Below, piece after piece: positions 1-13,373 of a stretch of 64,000 nucleotides of DNA. Origin of the DNA: Octopus sinensis. Lineage: Eukaryota. The stretch is from contig NC_043016.1 of assembly GCF_006345805.1 (NCBI RefSeq), positions 434,001 to 498,000 on the forward strand, read 5' to 3'. The notes beneath the pieces are model-generated. The model saw only the letters and a program-made list of their open reading frames with translations. It did no database searches and was not told the origin of the DNA. Position 1 is the first letter of the stretch, and every line of letters begins with the position of its first letter. The translations under genes and the position numbers were made by a program.

Positions 1-541
1 AAAACAATTTCATGTGAAGGGTGTCAGTGTTGCATCTTCATTTAAACTATTTTTTCCTAAATTAAAGTTATTTTCTATCTATTTGGTGAAAAAACTTAAT
101 AATGTAAGCAACATTAATTTCTATAATTTAGTGGTGAATGTGGTAGTGGTGGTGATGGTGGTGGTGGTGGTATGTTCTCGTTAAACCATGTCAAGAACCT
201 GGTTTCAATTTACAGTCAAAAACACCAAATATTACGTTGCTAAATAATTCTTGGGAAATACTTGAACATCAAAAACTCTCCTCCCGCACACATACACATA
301 TTCTCTTTCCCTTTGTCTTTATCCCTCACACACACACACACACACAGACATTCTGTCTTTCTCTACCACGAACCCACAACTTCACATCTGGTTAAGTAAA
401 AGAAATCACCATCGTAACCATTACATCGTTGTTATGATTATTCTAACTAAAAATCACGCTATCGTCATCATCATCATCATTGCCATCATTATTATTATTA
501 TTGTCATCACCTCATCATTTTCATTAATTTATTTATTTATA

Positions 542-579
<38 letters not shown>

Positions 580-800
580 GAAAATTCCAAATCATTCATG
601 TGTGTGATAGCTTATTTTATATATTATTTTATAATATATTATTTATGTTATTCCTCAATGATATATGTAGTAGCAGGTAAACACACTTTTATATCTTGGA
701 ACCATCTGTTTTATTTATATGTGTATGTATATATATAATATATATATATCCACACATACATATATATATATACACACATATATATATGTATATATATATG

Positions 801-854
<54 letters not shown>

Positions 855-1488
855 TATACGTATGCATACATGCACATACACTCACAATATATTGAAGAGC
901 AAACATTTTCCCAAAATAAAACAAAAATGCAATCTTATACTGGGGTTTTCTATTGGTTTTAGTTTCTTAAACCAGGCTATCAGACACTATAATATATATA
1001 TGTGTATATAATATATATATATATATATATGTGTCCCCGCTACCGAAACGGTAATTATTTCTACGCCAGCTATGTTGTTGTTGTTGTTTTTGTCTCATTT
1101 GGTCTAAAGTCGTATGACAACCACCGTTATATATATTTTGTTTATTCATTACTGTTTTCAATTTCGTTTTCGTCTCTTGTATTCACATCCGTCTTGTGCG
1201 TTCACATTCCTGTCTTCTACCAAGAAATCTAATGCTTACAGCTTAGTTTTTTTTCTTGGGGCTGGCCGAGTTGGAGCAAATAATTTGTCTGTGTTCCGTG
1301 TTCGTCCCTTCCTGTATTTCACGTTCATTATATATAAAAACATTCATTCTTATATATATATATATGTATATCTTTTATATATATATAAAATCACCAGAAG
1401 TTACAAAGTGATGTCTGCTGATTAATTAAGAAGTACAAAAATATATATACACTCATGTTTTGAGTTCTATGTTTCTGTTTGCTTTACC

Positions 1489-1524
<36 letters not shown>

Positions 1525-2437
1525 ATATATATATATATACATGCATGTTTGTGTGTAGCTATATGCATGTATATTCCCCAGGTGATGTATTGCCATCATC
1601 TGTAGAGAATGTTTTGGTTCCGTTACCGTTTCTCCTCTTCCTCTTTCAACTTTTCCTCCTCACTCTAACTCTATACCTTTGCAGTTATCTTTTCTTGTGT
1701 ATGTGCATACATTCATATATATTAGTATATATATATATATATAAATGTGTGTGTGTGTGAAACCCAAAATAGGCAACAGGTTTTCTTTATAAATATAGAT
1801 ACATCTTATGTTCAAGTTTGAACCTTTCGTTTATAAGGATTTACCATATTCCCTCATTTACACCTTTTAGTTTGGAGCAATAACATTCCTAAATCCATTA
1901 ACATTTCAACTGGAATGTCTTTGACCAAAGGTCTGCAGAATCAAGCCTTGCTCTGAGTTAGGTAGGCTGTGTGCTTGTGTGGGCATACTAGATAACAGAT
2001 GATTCTGCCTATCTAACAAAACAGTTCCTAAACCTTCTGGAAATGTTACAGACTTTTCTTCCATAATTTGTTCTGTATTCATTTTGGTTTCTGTTATGCG
2101 AATTCAAAGAGACAAGCTTGTCTTTTTTTACTACCTCTGTTCCACTTCTAATATGCATTGATATTTATTATACTGTCTTAGAGATTCTTCTTAAGATATG
2201 TATCTCTAAAATATCACCTGCAGCAGAGGTTTGGTTAAGTCTGTTATGAATATTTTTAAAGGATTGTGAGGAAAGAATTCTGTTTTTTTTTTTAATATTT
2301 TTTTTTCTTTTTTTTCTTTTTTAGATTCTGCATCCAATCTGATATTTGCAGATATTGCATCCAATGCAACTTCATTTAGAATATGGTAATGATAGTAGAA
2401 TGTTAGGAATATATGCCTGCATGTTTGAGTACTGGTA

Positions 2438-2469
<32 letters not shown>

Positions 2470-2537
2470 CACACACACATGTAAATATGCATGAGTAAAT
2501 ATCATACACATACACACACAAAGGCAAAATCTTTCCT

Positions 2538-2574
<37 letters not shown>

Positions 2575-3777
2575 TAATCTCTGTTTTTCTCTGTTTTCCT
2601 CACTCTACTAACTTCCCTCTCTCTCTCTCTCTATTTCACTTTCTCACTCTTCCTGTCCTCAATGGCATTGAATAAGAAGAAAAGAAATTAATTAGAATTG
2701 CGAGAAAATACATGAATTTTTTTTTCAAACTATAAGTAATAAAATAGTAAAATTGAATGCAATTAATTTAATTTGATTGACAGGAGGTTTATTGTCCTAG
2801 AAATAATAACGAACACACTTGTTAAATGTTAAATGTTGTTTTACATTTTATAGATGCACACGCAAACACACACATGTATACATATATGTATATGAATGTG
2901 TGTGTGTATATATATATATAATATATATATATAGTATGCATGTGTGTAAATGAGTGCATAAAAGAATTATTATTATTGTTGTTATTGCTTGGCCAAATTT
3001 TTAGGAAAAATAAAAAATTAGACAATAAAAAAAAAGTGATGCTTTTCTTTGGAGAGAAAAAAAAAGTGAAATTTGTTATTTAGAACCCTGTAAAGGGTTG
3101 CTTAAACAAAGGATATTGAATTTTTTAACGCCACTATGCAAATTTACTCCCTTTAAATTTTTATTTTCTTTTAAATTTATTTACAATCTACAAAATTCTT
3201 AGACAGAAACTTCTGCTGGTGGAGACCATTGTTAGTTTCTTCTTAGAATTTGGATGTTTTTACTTCATTACTGATATTTTATTAAGTTTACCTTATTAAG
3301 TCTGTAATTATACAAAGACCAATCAATATTAATAAGTGCACCTGTGTGTTGTCTCTACACATATACATTATACATGCATACATCTACACACATGCATTTA
3401 TATGTATATATGTATATGTTAGCATGGGACACAGACATTAAATGATGATGAATATTATATTCTAAAGAGAATCACAGAAAGAAACAGAAATATAGATAGA
3501 ATGAGAGATAAACAATGGTGGTTGTTACCATATCAGACAATTCTTACAGCAGCCAAAAAAAAAAATGCCTTGTGGTATTTCTTCCAATTCTTTACATTCT
3601 CTATCCAAATTGTGCTGGGATTAATTTTGCGATTCATCCCTCTGGGGGTGAATAAAATAGTGTTTCAGTTAGTTTCTGAGGTTGATTATATATACTAATA
3701 TTCTTCTCCTAAAAATAGCTGACTTTGTAGACCATGAGAAACAATTTTTATTTCTTAATGTAGAACAAAATATTAAA

Positions 3778-3852
<75 letters not shown>

Positions 3853-4236
3853 GGGAGGAGGAGGAGGTAAAAAAGGAAAAGAAACATCACATTACAAAAA
3901 TATATTTATAAAGAGATGAAAAAAAATAATATGCAATCAAAAATAAAAAAAAACAAAAAGCAAAAGATTACTTTTAATTTGTTGCTCTTCATTGGCTTTA
4001 ACATAATTTTACATTTTAATAATTTATGCAAAAAAAAAAAAAAAGAAATAAAAATGATTATACAAAAGAAAAACAAACAAAATAAACAAAATCAGGTGTC
4101 CCAAAATGTTTTACCTGCTACTGCATGTTTTATATGAGTGTATATAGTATATATATATATATATATAGTATATATATATATTATATATATACATATATAC
4201 ACATACACACATATGTATATGTATGTATGAAGTATG

Positions 4237-4277
<41 letters not shown>

Positions 4278-4492
4278 CATACATATATATATACACATAT
4301 ACATATATATATACATGTATATATATATATATATATACATGTACATATATTATATATACACATACATATATGAATGATTGAAAGGAGGCTCAGTTCTAAA
4401 GTACCACTTATTTGATATTTGCATTTCAAGTTTTTTGTCTGAGTCATCTTGACCTTTCATCTTAAAAAGGGTTTGATAAAGTACCAGTTATA

Positions 4493-4534
<42 letters not shown>

Positions 4535-5268
4535 CATTAGGTTCAAGGGTCATGAATTGGTTGTTATTTAGTAGGTGACACTCACTCTTCGCTTCTTTTG
4601 AACAGAGGTTAACAAAAGAAAGGTTAACTCTAAGACTTCATCTTAGAGTTTGGTTTACTCCTGCATTTATGCGTACATACACATACATACATGCAGTGTT
4701 ATGTGTGTATGTGCATATACATACATGCATACGTACATACATGTATATGTATATGCATGTATGTATATGTATGTATCTCCGTAGTTGTGTATCAAATTTG
4801 TAAAAGATTTTTTTAAACCCATTCCAAGTATGTTTTTTTTTTCTTAAATGTTTTTTTTCTGTTATGTATGTTTGTTCATTTGTTTGTTTGTTTTTTAAAG
4901 CCTAAACAAAACAACAAAAAAAACCAAAACAAAAAGAGCAACTGTGTGAGTTAATCACCACCTGACATTTTTTTAACATTTTTTTTTAAAATCATATTCC
5001 AGAGTGGTTTATTGTAGAGGAAAAAAAATTGTTTTTTTTTCAGATAGTACGGAAAGATGTGTGATAATGTTTATTATAGATGGCAGATTGTATCATATAT
5101 TATAGTAAAAAATGTTGATTTAACACTATAATAATGCCTTCTTGTTTTAATTCATTTACGCATAATGCATTCTTGTTGTAATTTCTTTGTGCAACAACAT
5201 GTACACCTATAATAAGCAAAGCAATTTAATTCACTTGGTGCACATGTTGTTGCTGTTGTTATGTTTCT

Positions 5269-6274
5269 TTGCACATACCAGATGTACCAGACATATGTTG
5301 CACATACCAGATGTACCAGACATATGTTGCACATACCAGATGTACCAGACATATATGTTGCACATGCCAGATGTACCAAACATATGTTGCACATACCAGA
5401 TGTACCAGACATAGATGTTGCACATACCAGATGTACCAGACATATATGTTGAACATACCAGATGTACCAGACATATATGTTGCACATACCAGATATACCA
5501 GACATATATGTTGCACATACCAGATGTACCAAACATATGTTGCACATACCAGATGTACCAGACATAGATGTTGCACATACCAGATGTACCAGACATATAT
5601 GTTGCACATACCAGATGTACCAGACATATATGTTGCACATACCAGATATACCAGACATATATGTTGCACATACCAGATGTACCAGACATATATGTTGCAC
5701 ATACCAGATATACCAGACATATATGTTGCACATACCAGATGTACCAGACATATATGTTGCACATACCAGATATACCAGACATATATGTTGCACATACCAG
5801 ATGTACCAAACATATGTTGCACATACCAGATGTACCAGACATAATGTTGCACATACCAGATGTACCAGACATATATGTTGCACATACCAGATGTACCAGA
5901 CATATATGTTGCACATACCAGATTACCAGACATATATGTTGCACATACCAGATGTACCAGACATATATGTTGCACATACCAGATATACCAGACATATATG
6001 TTGCACATACAGATGTACCAGACATATATGTTGCACATACCAGATGTACCAGACATATATGTTGCACATACCAGATGTACCAAACATATGTTGCACATAC
6101 CAGATGTACCAGACATATATGTTGCACATACCAGATGTACCAAACATGTTGCACATACCAGATGTACCAGATATATATGTTGCACATACCAGATGTACCA
6201 GACATATATGTTGCACATACCAGATGTACCAAACATATGTTGCACATACCAGATGTACCAGACATAAATGTTGC
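5269..6274. repeat. Minisatellite with 29-31-bp units, consensus GTTGCACATACCAGATGTACCAGACATATAT, about 33 copies
   Basis: Direct inspection; variants include 2-bp deletions and gatgtacc/gatatacc and cagac/caaac changes. Confidence 0.97.
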
Positions 6275-6665
6275 CATTGTCATCAGTATCATCACCATCT
6301 TCGTCATCATAGACCATCATCATCATTGTCATTACCATCGTCGTTGACATTGTCTACGTTGTCATCATCATCATCATCATCATCATCAACATCAATAATT
6401 ATCATTGTCGTCATTGTCATCACAATAATCATCATCATCATTATCTTCACTACCACCACTGTCATCATCATCATCATCATTATCCTTACCATCACCATCA
6501 TCATCGTCGTTATTGTCGTCATCTTTGCAACCACCACTACCACCATCATCACCACCACCACCATCATCATCATCATCAGCACCATTGTTGACATCATCAT
6601 CATCCTTACCACCACCATCATCATCATCACCACCGTTGTTGACATCATCATCATCATCATCATTG
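6275..6665. repeat. Degenerate (CAT/CAC/CGT)n trinucleotide tract
   Basis: Direct inspection. Confidence 0.95.
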
Positions 6666-6977
6666 TCAGTGTCTTAACATCCACCTTTTCCCTTGCTTGC
6701 ATGGATCAGACGGAGGTCACTGAAGCAGATTTTATATGGCTGATTGACCCTTCCTCTTTTACTCTCCTTACTCGTTTCCAAATACGGGTAATATTTTCCC
6801 CATGACCGGCTGTATTCTCCATGGATGATTGGAAACGGAAACGAAACAAACTACTTCTATAATGGTGACACTTATTTACAATTATCCCATGATATTAAGA
6901 GCAGGAAGCTCAAACATGCATGCTTACATACATACATACACACAAACACATACATACATACAGAAATGCATACATAC

Positions 6978-7422
6978 ATTATTATGGCTTCCCCCTCGTT
7001 ATCGAGTATGGCCATTGCATGAAGCTTAACTGTTACTGGTGCAGTGATCGAATGTGACTTTTTAGACCAGCTAAAGATCTACAATGTCTTGTACAGAATT
7101 GGCAACTAAAACCTTTACCGTTAATAGCCAGCTGTAGTTGTAACTGGGCTTCATGTACCTTTGCATGTCGTTTAAGTCCTCCTGCCGAATTACACTCTCT
7201 TCCACATGCCCGACAGATATGATTAGTATGGTGTGTTACACCACCACCAGTGGCCAGGTTGTCACTCATCTGTCTCACTTTATGACTATGAAGATGGCTC
7301 TTGAGTCCAGCTTTACTGAGGCAGTGTTTGTGCAAGACACTGCATTTCAGCATCATAGGAAGACCCTTCCCATCTGGAAGTGCAACAGTGATACCCTTCC
7401 TGACATCCCTCCTTACTTCCTC
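6978..7422 (-). mobile_element. 5'-truncated RTE-like LINE 3' end encoding three C2H2-like zinc fingers, with (ATGT)n flanks
   Basis: Minus ORF ...HCLSKAGLKSHLHSH...CRACGRECNSAGGLKRHAKVH...CQFCTRHCRSLAGLKSHIRSLHQ*, a short 3' UTR, then (TATG)n. A near-identical copy is at 40156-40458. Confidence 0.7.
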
Positions 7423-7571
7423 ATACATACATACATACATACTACATATGCACATACACACATATATATGTACACACACATACAGACAGACAGACAGGCA
7501 AACATGCAAAAGTACCTTGTTGATGTCAAAATTCTGGTTCTTTCTCTATTGGCAAGAAGTCATGAAATAAT

Positions 7572-7960
7572 AGGCACAGGAGTGGCTGTGTGGTAAGTAG
7601 CTTGCTTACCAATCACATGGTTCTGGGTTCAGTCACACTGCGTGGCACCTTGGGCAAGTGTCTTCTACTATAGCCTCAGGCTGACCTAAGCCTTGTGAGT
7701 GGATTTGGTAGATGGAAACTGAAAGAAGCCCGTCGTATATATGTATATATGTGTGTGTGTGTTTGTGCCCCCAACATCACTTGATACCCGATGCTGGTGT
7801 GTTTACGTCACCGTAACTTAGCGGTTCGGCAAAAGTGACTGATAGAATAAATACCACGCTTACAAAGAATAAGTCCTAGGGTCGATTTGCTTGACTAAAG
7901 GCGGTGCTCCAGCATGGCTGCAGTTCAATGACTGAAACAAGTAAAAGACTAAAAGAGTAA
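7572..7960 (+). mobile_element. CORE-type tRNA SINE (Octopus OR-like family B), full-length representative
   Basis: Head aggagtggctgtgtggtaag...gggttcagtc, CORE-like ccttgggcaagtgtctt, (TA/TG)n linker, conserved 3' module ending gtaaaagagtaaaagag. Further copies at about 8040-8170(-), 10550-10770(-), 14050-14225(-), 24140-24298, 24745-24890, 39300-39465(-), 59560-59745. Confidence 0.9.
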
Positions 7961-7976
7961 ATAAAACTGAATAATG

Positions 7977-8024
<48 letters not shown>

Positions 8025-10854
8025 ACACACACATGGATTCTTACAGTTTCCCTCTGCCAAATCTGCTTACAGGGTTTTTGGTCAGCCTGGTCAGCAGAAG
8101 ACACTTGCATGAGCTGCCATGCATTGGGATTGAACCTGAAACCATGTAAGTTGGGAAGCAAGCTTCTTACCATACAGTGTTTGTGTTAGATTAATTTAGT
8201 GCTGCTGCTTCTCTTGGTAGCAACCAGGAGTTTTATATTTTTACTTTTGCTGGTTGTAGTAAAAAACAGAAACATGATCCCCTGAGTTTCCACAAAAGGA
8301 AGCCTCAACACAAACTGACTTACTTGCATCTTCGTTATTAACAGCAAAAAATACCAAAACTCTATAATATGTGTATACGAGCAAAATGCCCCCCCCCCCG
8401 TCCAATGGACGGTACTGAGTTGTCAAACATTTAAACCAAATTTTCTCAAAACAACTTGTCCAACCGTCCCATAGGCCTCCCCTTTCAGAAACACTGATTT
8501 AACCTAAATTTGAGACACCAAACAGGCCAGCTTTTTTTGCGCAAACTCCAAACAGTAATTGGAATCAGTCTCTTTGATCTTGGTGAGCCTAGAACGCTCT
8601 CTCTTTTTCCAGAACCAGTAAGTAAAAAGATACTGAACCCAGAACCATGTGGTTGGTAAGCAAGCTACTTACCACACAGTAACTCCTGCGCCTTGAAGAA
8701 AATCAAATTTTTAATTTAGTTCCCATCTCACTTTATTATGTTTTGTCAATTAGAAAATTGAAGACTTGAGTAAGACATCATTATTATTTTTTTTTTGAAA
8801 ATGGCACTGTGTTGGTTATGGCAATGAGGTTTCCAGTTAATCTGATCACAATGAAACAACCCACTTATGAAATTAATGGGCAGATGGCTGAGCACTCCAC
8901 ATATGTACCCTTAATAATGTAATCCACAGGGAGATTCAGCATGACACAGAATGTGACAAAGCTGGCCCTTTGAAATACAGGCGCTACTAATTATAATCCT
9001 ATAATGAGTTTGTTAATATTTTTATTATGTATTTGTAATATGGGACCCTACTCATTTTTGCCAGCTGAGTGGACTGGAGCAATGTGAAATAAAGTGTCTT
9101 GCTTAAGGTCACAATGTGCTGCTAAGAATCTATAACTGTGAACCAAATACCCTAACTACTAAGTCACATTCCTTCTCTTTGTTATTGATGTTGTGATTAA
9201 AGCATCATTTGGTTTTAATCCAGCTCCTATGACTTCTACTGCTGTTTAAATTTCATGTTGCATAAATTTCATGTTGCATAAATTTCATATTGCATAAAAT
9301 TTCATGTTGCATAAAAGTGTTGAAACTTTAGTATCAGTCACTTCCTAGATAATTCATAGGTAGTCTAATTGCAAGTGGCCTTCACCCATGACACAACTCT
9401 ACTTTCAATGCTGGCATATAGATTGGATAGTGCGATTAGATCTGACGAGCTGGAACTCTGTGTTGGGGATACAGTGTCTAATTTGGCATGGATTCTACTA
9501 CCGGATGCTCTGCATTTCATCATCATCATCATCACCATCACCATCATCATCATCACCACCACCACCATCATCATCATCATCGTCATTTAACGTCCACTTT
9601 CCATGCTAGCATGGGCTGGACTGGACGGTTTGACTGAGGGCTGGTGAACCAGATGGCTGCACCAGGCCCTAATCTTGATCTGGCAAAGTTTCTACAGCTG
9701 GATGCCCTTCCTAACGCCAACCACTCTGAGAGTGTAGTGGGTGCTTTTACGTGCCACGAGCATGGGGGCCAGTCAGGCGGTACTAGCAATGACCTTGCTT
9801 GAATCTTTTTACACATGCCAATGGCACAGGTGCCAGTAAGGCGATGCTGGTAACGATCCTGCTCAAATGGTGAAGGGAAGGAAAATATCCATGCTTATCA
9901 GAGGAGCATACATTCAAGATGCATGAAGGCGAGTGTAAGAGAAAACAGGAACTGAGGATCAGGAAGGGTCATTGGGTAGGTTCAGGGCTGGCCTTAGGGT
10001 TGCTGGCACCCTAGGCAAGCTAAACTTTGGCATGTACGGTCTTGGAAATTTCCATGTCTTTGTTACATCCTCCTTGGCATGCAAGGTGACTGCCTGAGTT
10101 ACCAGTTACCAGTACCTTGAGCCAGCCCTGGGTAGGTTTATAGAAGTGTGTAAGAGGAGAATAACATGCATACATAAATGCATACATGTATGTATGTAGG
10201 CAGAGAGAGTGGTCGGCAGAGAGACAGGTCAGTAGAGAGATATGTCGGCAGAGAGACAGGCTGGTAGACAGACATAGACAGGAAAATCTGATGGTACTGA
10301 TAATGAATATTAACAATGTACTTGAAGAAAAAATATCTGAAGTGATCTGTACAATGAAGTTCAAACATAATACAGTCTTATGTACACGTATCTTTTATCT
10401 TTTGTTTCTTGTATTCAGACATTAGATTGTGGCCATGATGAGGCACTGCCTTGAAGAATTTTTAATTGAGAGAATTAACCCTGGTGCTTTAGTTTTTTTT
10501 TTTTAATCTGGAACTTATTCTATCAATTTATCAATTACTTTTACCCAGCCACTAAATTATGGGGATATAATCTCATCAGTACTGGTTGTCAAGCGGTGGT
10601 GGTGGAGGTCAAACACACACACACACACATGTATATAGGACAGGTTTTGGTTGGCTTGAAGCTATAGTAGAAGGCACTTGCTCAAGGTGACATGCAATTG
10701 GACTGAACTCAGAACCATGTGGGTGGGAAGCAAACTTCTAACCACACAGTCACGTCTGCGTCTACACACACACACAACAGAGTTGAAAGACTTCGGTCAG
10801 TTGTTTGACCCTAGCACTCACCTTGGCTAAGCAAATTTAATGATCATAGATAAC

Positions 10855-11078
10855 TATTTCTTTACTACCCACAAAGGGCTAAACACAGAGGACAAACAAG
10901 GACAGACAAAGGGATTAAGTCGATTATATCGACCCCGGGGCGTAACTGGTACTTATTTAATCGACCCCGAAAGGATGAAAGGCAAAGTCGACCTCGGCGG
11001 AATTTGAACTCAGAACGTAACGGCAGACGAAATACGGCTACGCATTTCGCCCGGCATGCTAACGTTTCTGCCAGCTCC
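10855..11078 (-). mobile_element. tRNA SINE, Octopus OR-like family A, monomer
   Basis: Minus: gagctggcagaaacgttagc (A box), gagttcaaattcc (B box), gaggtcgactttgcctttcatcctttcggggtcg core, tail aaagaaata. Many other copies, including 16135-16290, 19664-19888, 26030-26165, 38885-39117, 44597-44815, 52395-52628, 53945-54150, 54407-54620, 56635-56864, 57725-57940, 60910-61090, 62030-62765, 63370-63990. Confidence 0.92.
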
Positions 11079-11237
11079 ACTCATATATATATATATATAT
11101 CATGGTTACAGAGTTATTTCCCTTGTAGACTGTATCAAGCTACTAACCTGGGGTCATTCGATTGCAAAACATAGAAACTAATTTCTCTTCGAATCATACG
11201 TTATCGCTTTAGAAGAGAGCAAACGTTTGTATGTATA

Positions 11238-11752
11238 ACTAGCAGTATCGCCCGGCGTTGCTCGGGTTTGTAGGGGAAATAACTATATAAGCATTTTTAG
11301 AGAGTTACTTCCCTTATAGATGCCAATTTGGGCTTTCTTAGCCATTTCTGTTTTGGTGTCTTCAAGCCATGAAGTCGTTGTTCTAAAAGAACGCTGGTCT
11401 CCTTGACAACGCTTTACGACGTTGATTTCCTTACACTCCCTTCCCCACAGCTTCACGAGGGAGGGAAGAAAGGGGAGAAGCAAACAGGTGCAGGTGTGAC
11501 CATGGACGCCAACTCCGCCGCCATCGGCACACGAAAAATTATGCATTAAAATGGAATAAAAAATGATGTTAAATTATTTTTTAAATCATAGACTCATCGT
11601 AGACGCGCGCTAATACTCAGACGGGCTCGATATGAATCACGACTATAAGATACCCGGTTTTGGTTAAACTGCACCGCAAAATGTGGGAGTAGTTAGGAAT
11701 CTAAATCGAAGGGGACAGACACTCACACAACTACAGTTTTATATATATAGAT
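11238..11752 (+). mobile_element. Helitron/Helentron-like non-autonomous element, family 2
   Basis: Termini actagcagtatcgcccggcgttgctcggg ... ttttatatatatagat resemble HINE/Lep1-type ends. Confidence 0.6.
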
Positions 11753-12450
11753 ATGACAGCGATTTTTATCACACAGGAAAAAAATGCCAGATGGTCACAG
11801 TTGGAATGCCTCTGATCAATATTTTACTCAATCACAATGGAACTGGGATTAAACAACAGCAATAATAATTGCAGCAAAACACTTTCGATTTCCAAGTTTC
11901 GCATTTATAGTTTCTTAGCCATTTTATATTCTTCTAATCATCATCATCACCATCACCACCATCACCATCATCATCACCACCACCATCATCATCATTGTTT
12001 AACGTCCGCTTTCCATGCTGGCATGGGTTGAACGATTTTGACTAAGGGCTGGCGAACCAGATGGCTGCACCAGACTCCAATCTTGATCTGGCAGAGTTTC
12101 TACAGCTGGATGCCCTTCCTAACGCCAGGATGCCCTTCCTAATGCCAGGATGTGAAAATATTTGTGAAAAATATTAAGCAACGAAATGGAAAAGACTAAA
12201 GACTATAACTGTGGATTGAAATTCTCATAGTAGCTTTGACAATATATTTACACAAACACTTGTGTGTACATGATCTGGGAGAAATAGCATCTAAGTCTCC
12301 TTGAAATTACTCATCTTGATTTGTAAAAGAATGTTTAAATTCGAAAATACATTGAGATTCACTGTCATCGTTTCTTGCCATCACTTCCTGCAGCAGACTG
12401 TGCACTTAACAAGAGATAGTTGTATAGTGACACTGTTTTAGAAGTTTTCA

Positions 12451-12514
12451 GCGCACATGCGCAGAGTTGGATTACTTCCGGTAGGCCGCCGGAAGTTCCC
12501 TCAAGCGCATGCAC
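12451..12514. promoter_or_regulatory. Symmetric NRF1-like/ETS/ETS/NRF1-like motif cluster, housekeeping-promoter-like
   Basis: gcgcacatgcgca (12451-12463), acttccgg (12474-12481), ccggaagt (12489-12496) and gcgcatgcac (12505-12514) in a CpG-containing patch. Confidence 0.45.
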
Positions 12515-13023
12515 AGAGAACTGCCAACAGAAAGTTTTCCCGCTAGATCGGTATTAAAAGAAAGAAAAAACAAGCAAAAAGCCCTATCGAGTGGACACGA
12601 CTTAACCTTCTCTCAAGGGAAACCCAACACGTAGAGAAGCCCCCTTCTACACGGGAACGGAGACAGCATTTTGGCTCACACAAGTTAGCTATTGTGAATA
12701 GTTTTATGGACTTGGCTACCGGTTCGCCCTGAAGAAGATATATGTGTATATATTTTATTTGCGAATCCGGACAAAATAAAGTATTATTTATTGCTGCTGA
12801 AGATAGTCGAAGTTTTAGTTTTCCTTTTGACAAAATTGAATGTAACAGGATAAGACCGACATCCCTCAAGTGTTCCTGAGACCTTCATCCTGTTACAGTT
12901 GCCTCCATGGTATGAATCTGTGTTATTGGACATGCCTGATGTTAGTTTCATCAGCCATATTCTTCTCTGCTGGCTTAGGGCATGCTTCAATATATCAATT
13001 TTGGAGTTTTCTTTCTCCTAGAT

Positions 13024-13373
13024 CAGTGGTTCCCAACCAGGATCTATATGGTCCTGAGGGTCTATATAAGATTTTGGTGGGGACTATGTAATAGAACAGT
13101 AAGTTGGGGGATCCACATTAGTATTTTAAGGGCCCCTGATAAAATTTTGTTTTAGATTTATGTATTGGTATGTATTGCAAGAAACAGCTGGGTATCTTTG
13201 TCTAACATTTTACATAATTCAATCTACACAAGTTAATGTGTGGAAAACAAAATAGGAATTTTGAAAGGAGTTTCAATGAAACTAGTTTTTAAACATCGAA
13301 TGGCTATGGGGTTCCACCAGAATAAAATAGTAATCAAAGGGGTCCATAGATAAGGAATCGTTGAGAACCCCTG
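13024..13373. mobile_element. hAT (Charlie-like) MITE
   Basis: TIRs cagtggttcccaac/gttgagaacccctg; TSD not conserved. Confidence 0.7.

Noticed and set aside
1871-2385. Possible plus-strand exons (1871-1929 WSNNIPKSINISTGMSLTK; 2325-2385 DSASNLIFADIASNATSFRI)
   Set aside because: Phases are compatible and the 2325 acceptor is strong, but the first donor is weak, no family is recognised and no downstream exon fits. RNA-seq would decide.
5269-6274. CRISPR-like array of ~30-bp repeats
   Set aside because: Units are contiguous with no unique spacers, and the context is eukaryotic.
5152-6805. Long overlapping ORFs (up to 447 aa) in all frames
   Set aside because: They are translations of the minisatellite and the adjacent CAT tract; no domain or splice structure.
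7033-7509. Host C2H2 zinc-finger gene
   Set aside because: The start lies in a microsatellite, there are two differently truncated copies with a common 3' end and repeat tail, and no TGEKP linkers; a LINE 3' end fits better.
8230-8640. Unique coding-looking stretch
   Set aside because: All frames are interrupted and no motif was recognised.
9400-9500. SH3-like peptide RSDELELCVGDTV
   Set aside because: Lacks the ALYDY and WW/P.NY motifs and a credible donor; probably chance.
11283-11546. 87-aa minus-strand ORF
   Set aside because: Lies inside a non-autonomous Helitron-like repeat; no recognisable domain.
12420-12848. Solo LTR (TG...TGTAACA with an AATAAA-like signal)
   Set aside because: No matching TSD, PBS or PPT found; kept only as an alternative explanation for the promoter-like cluster.
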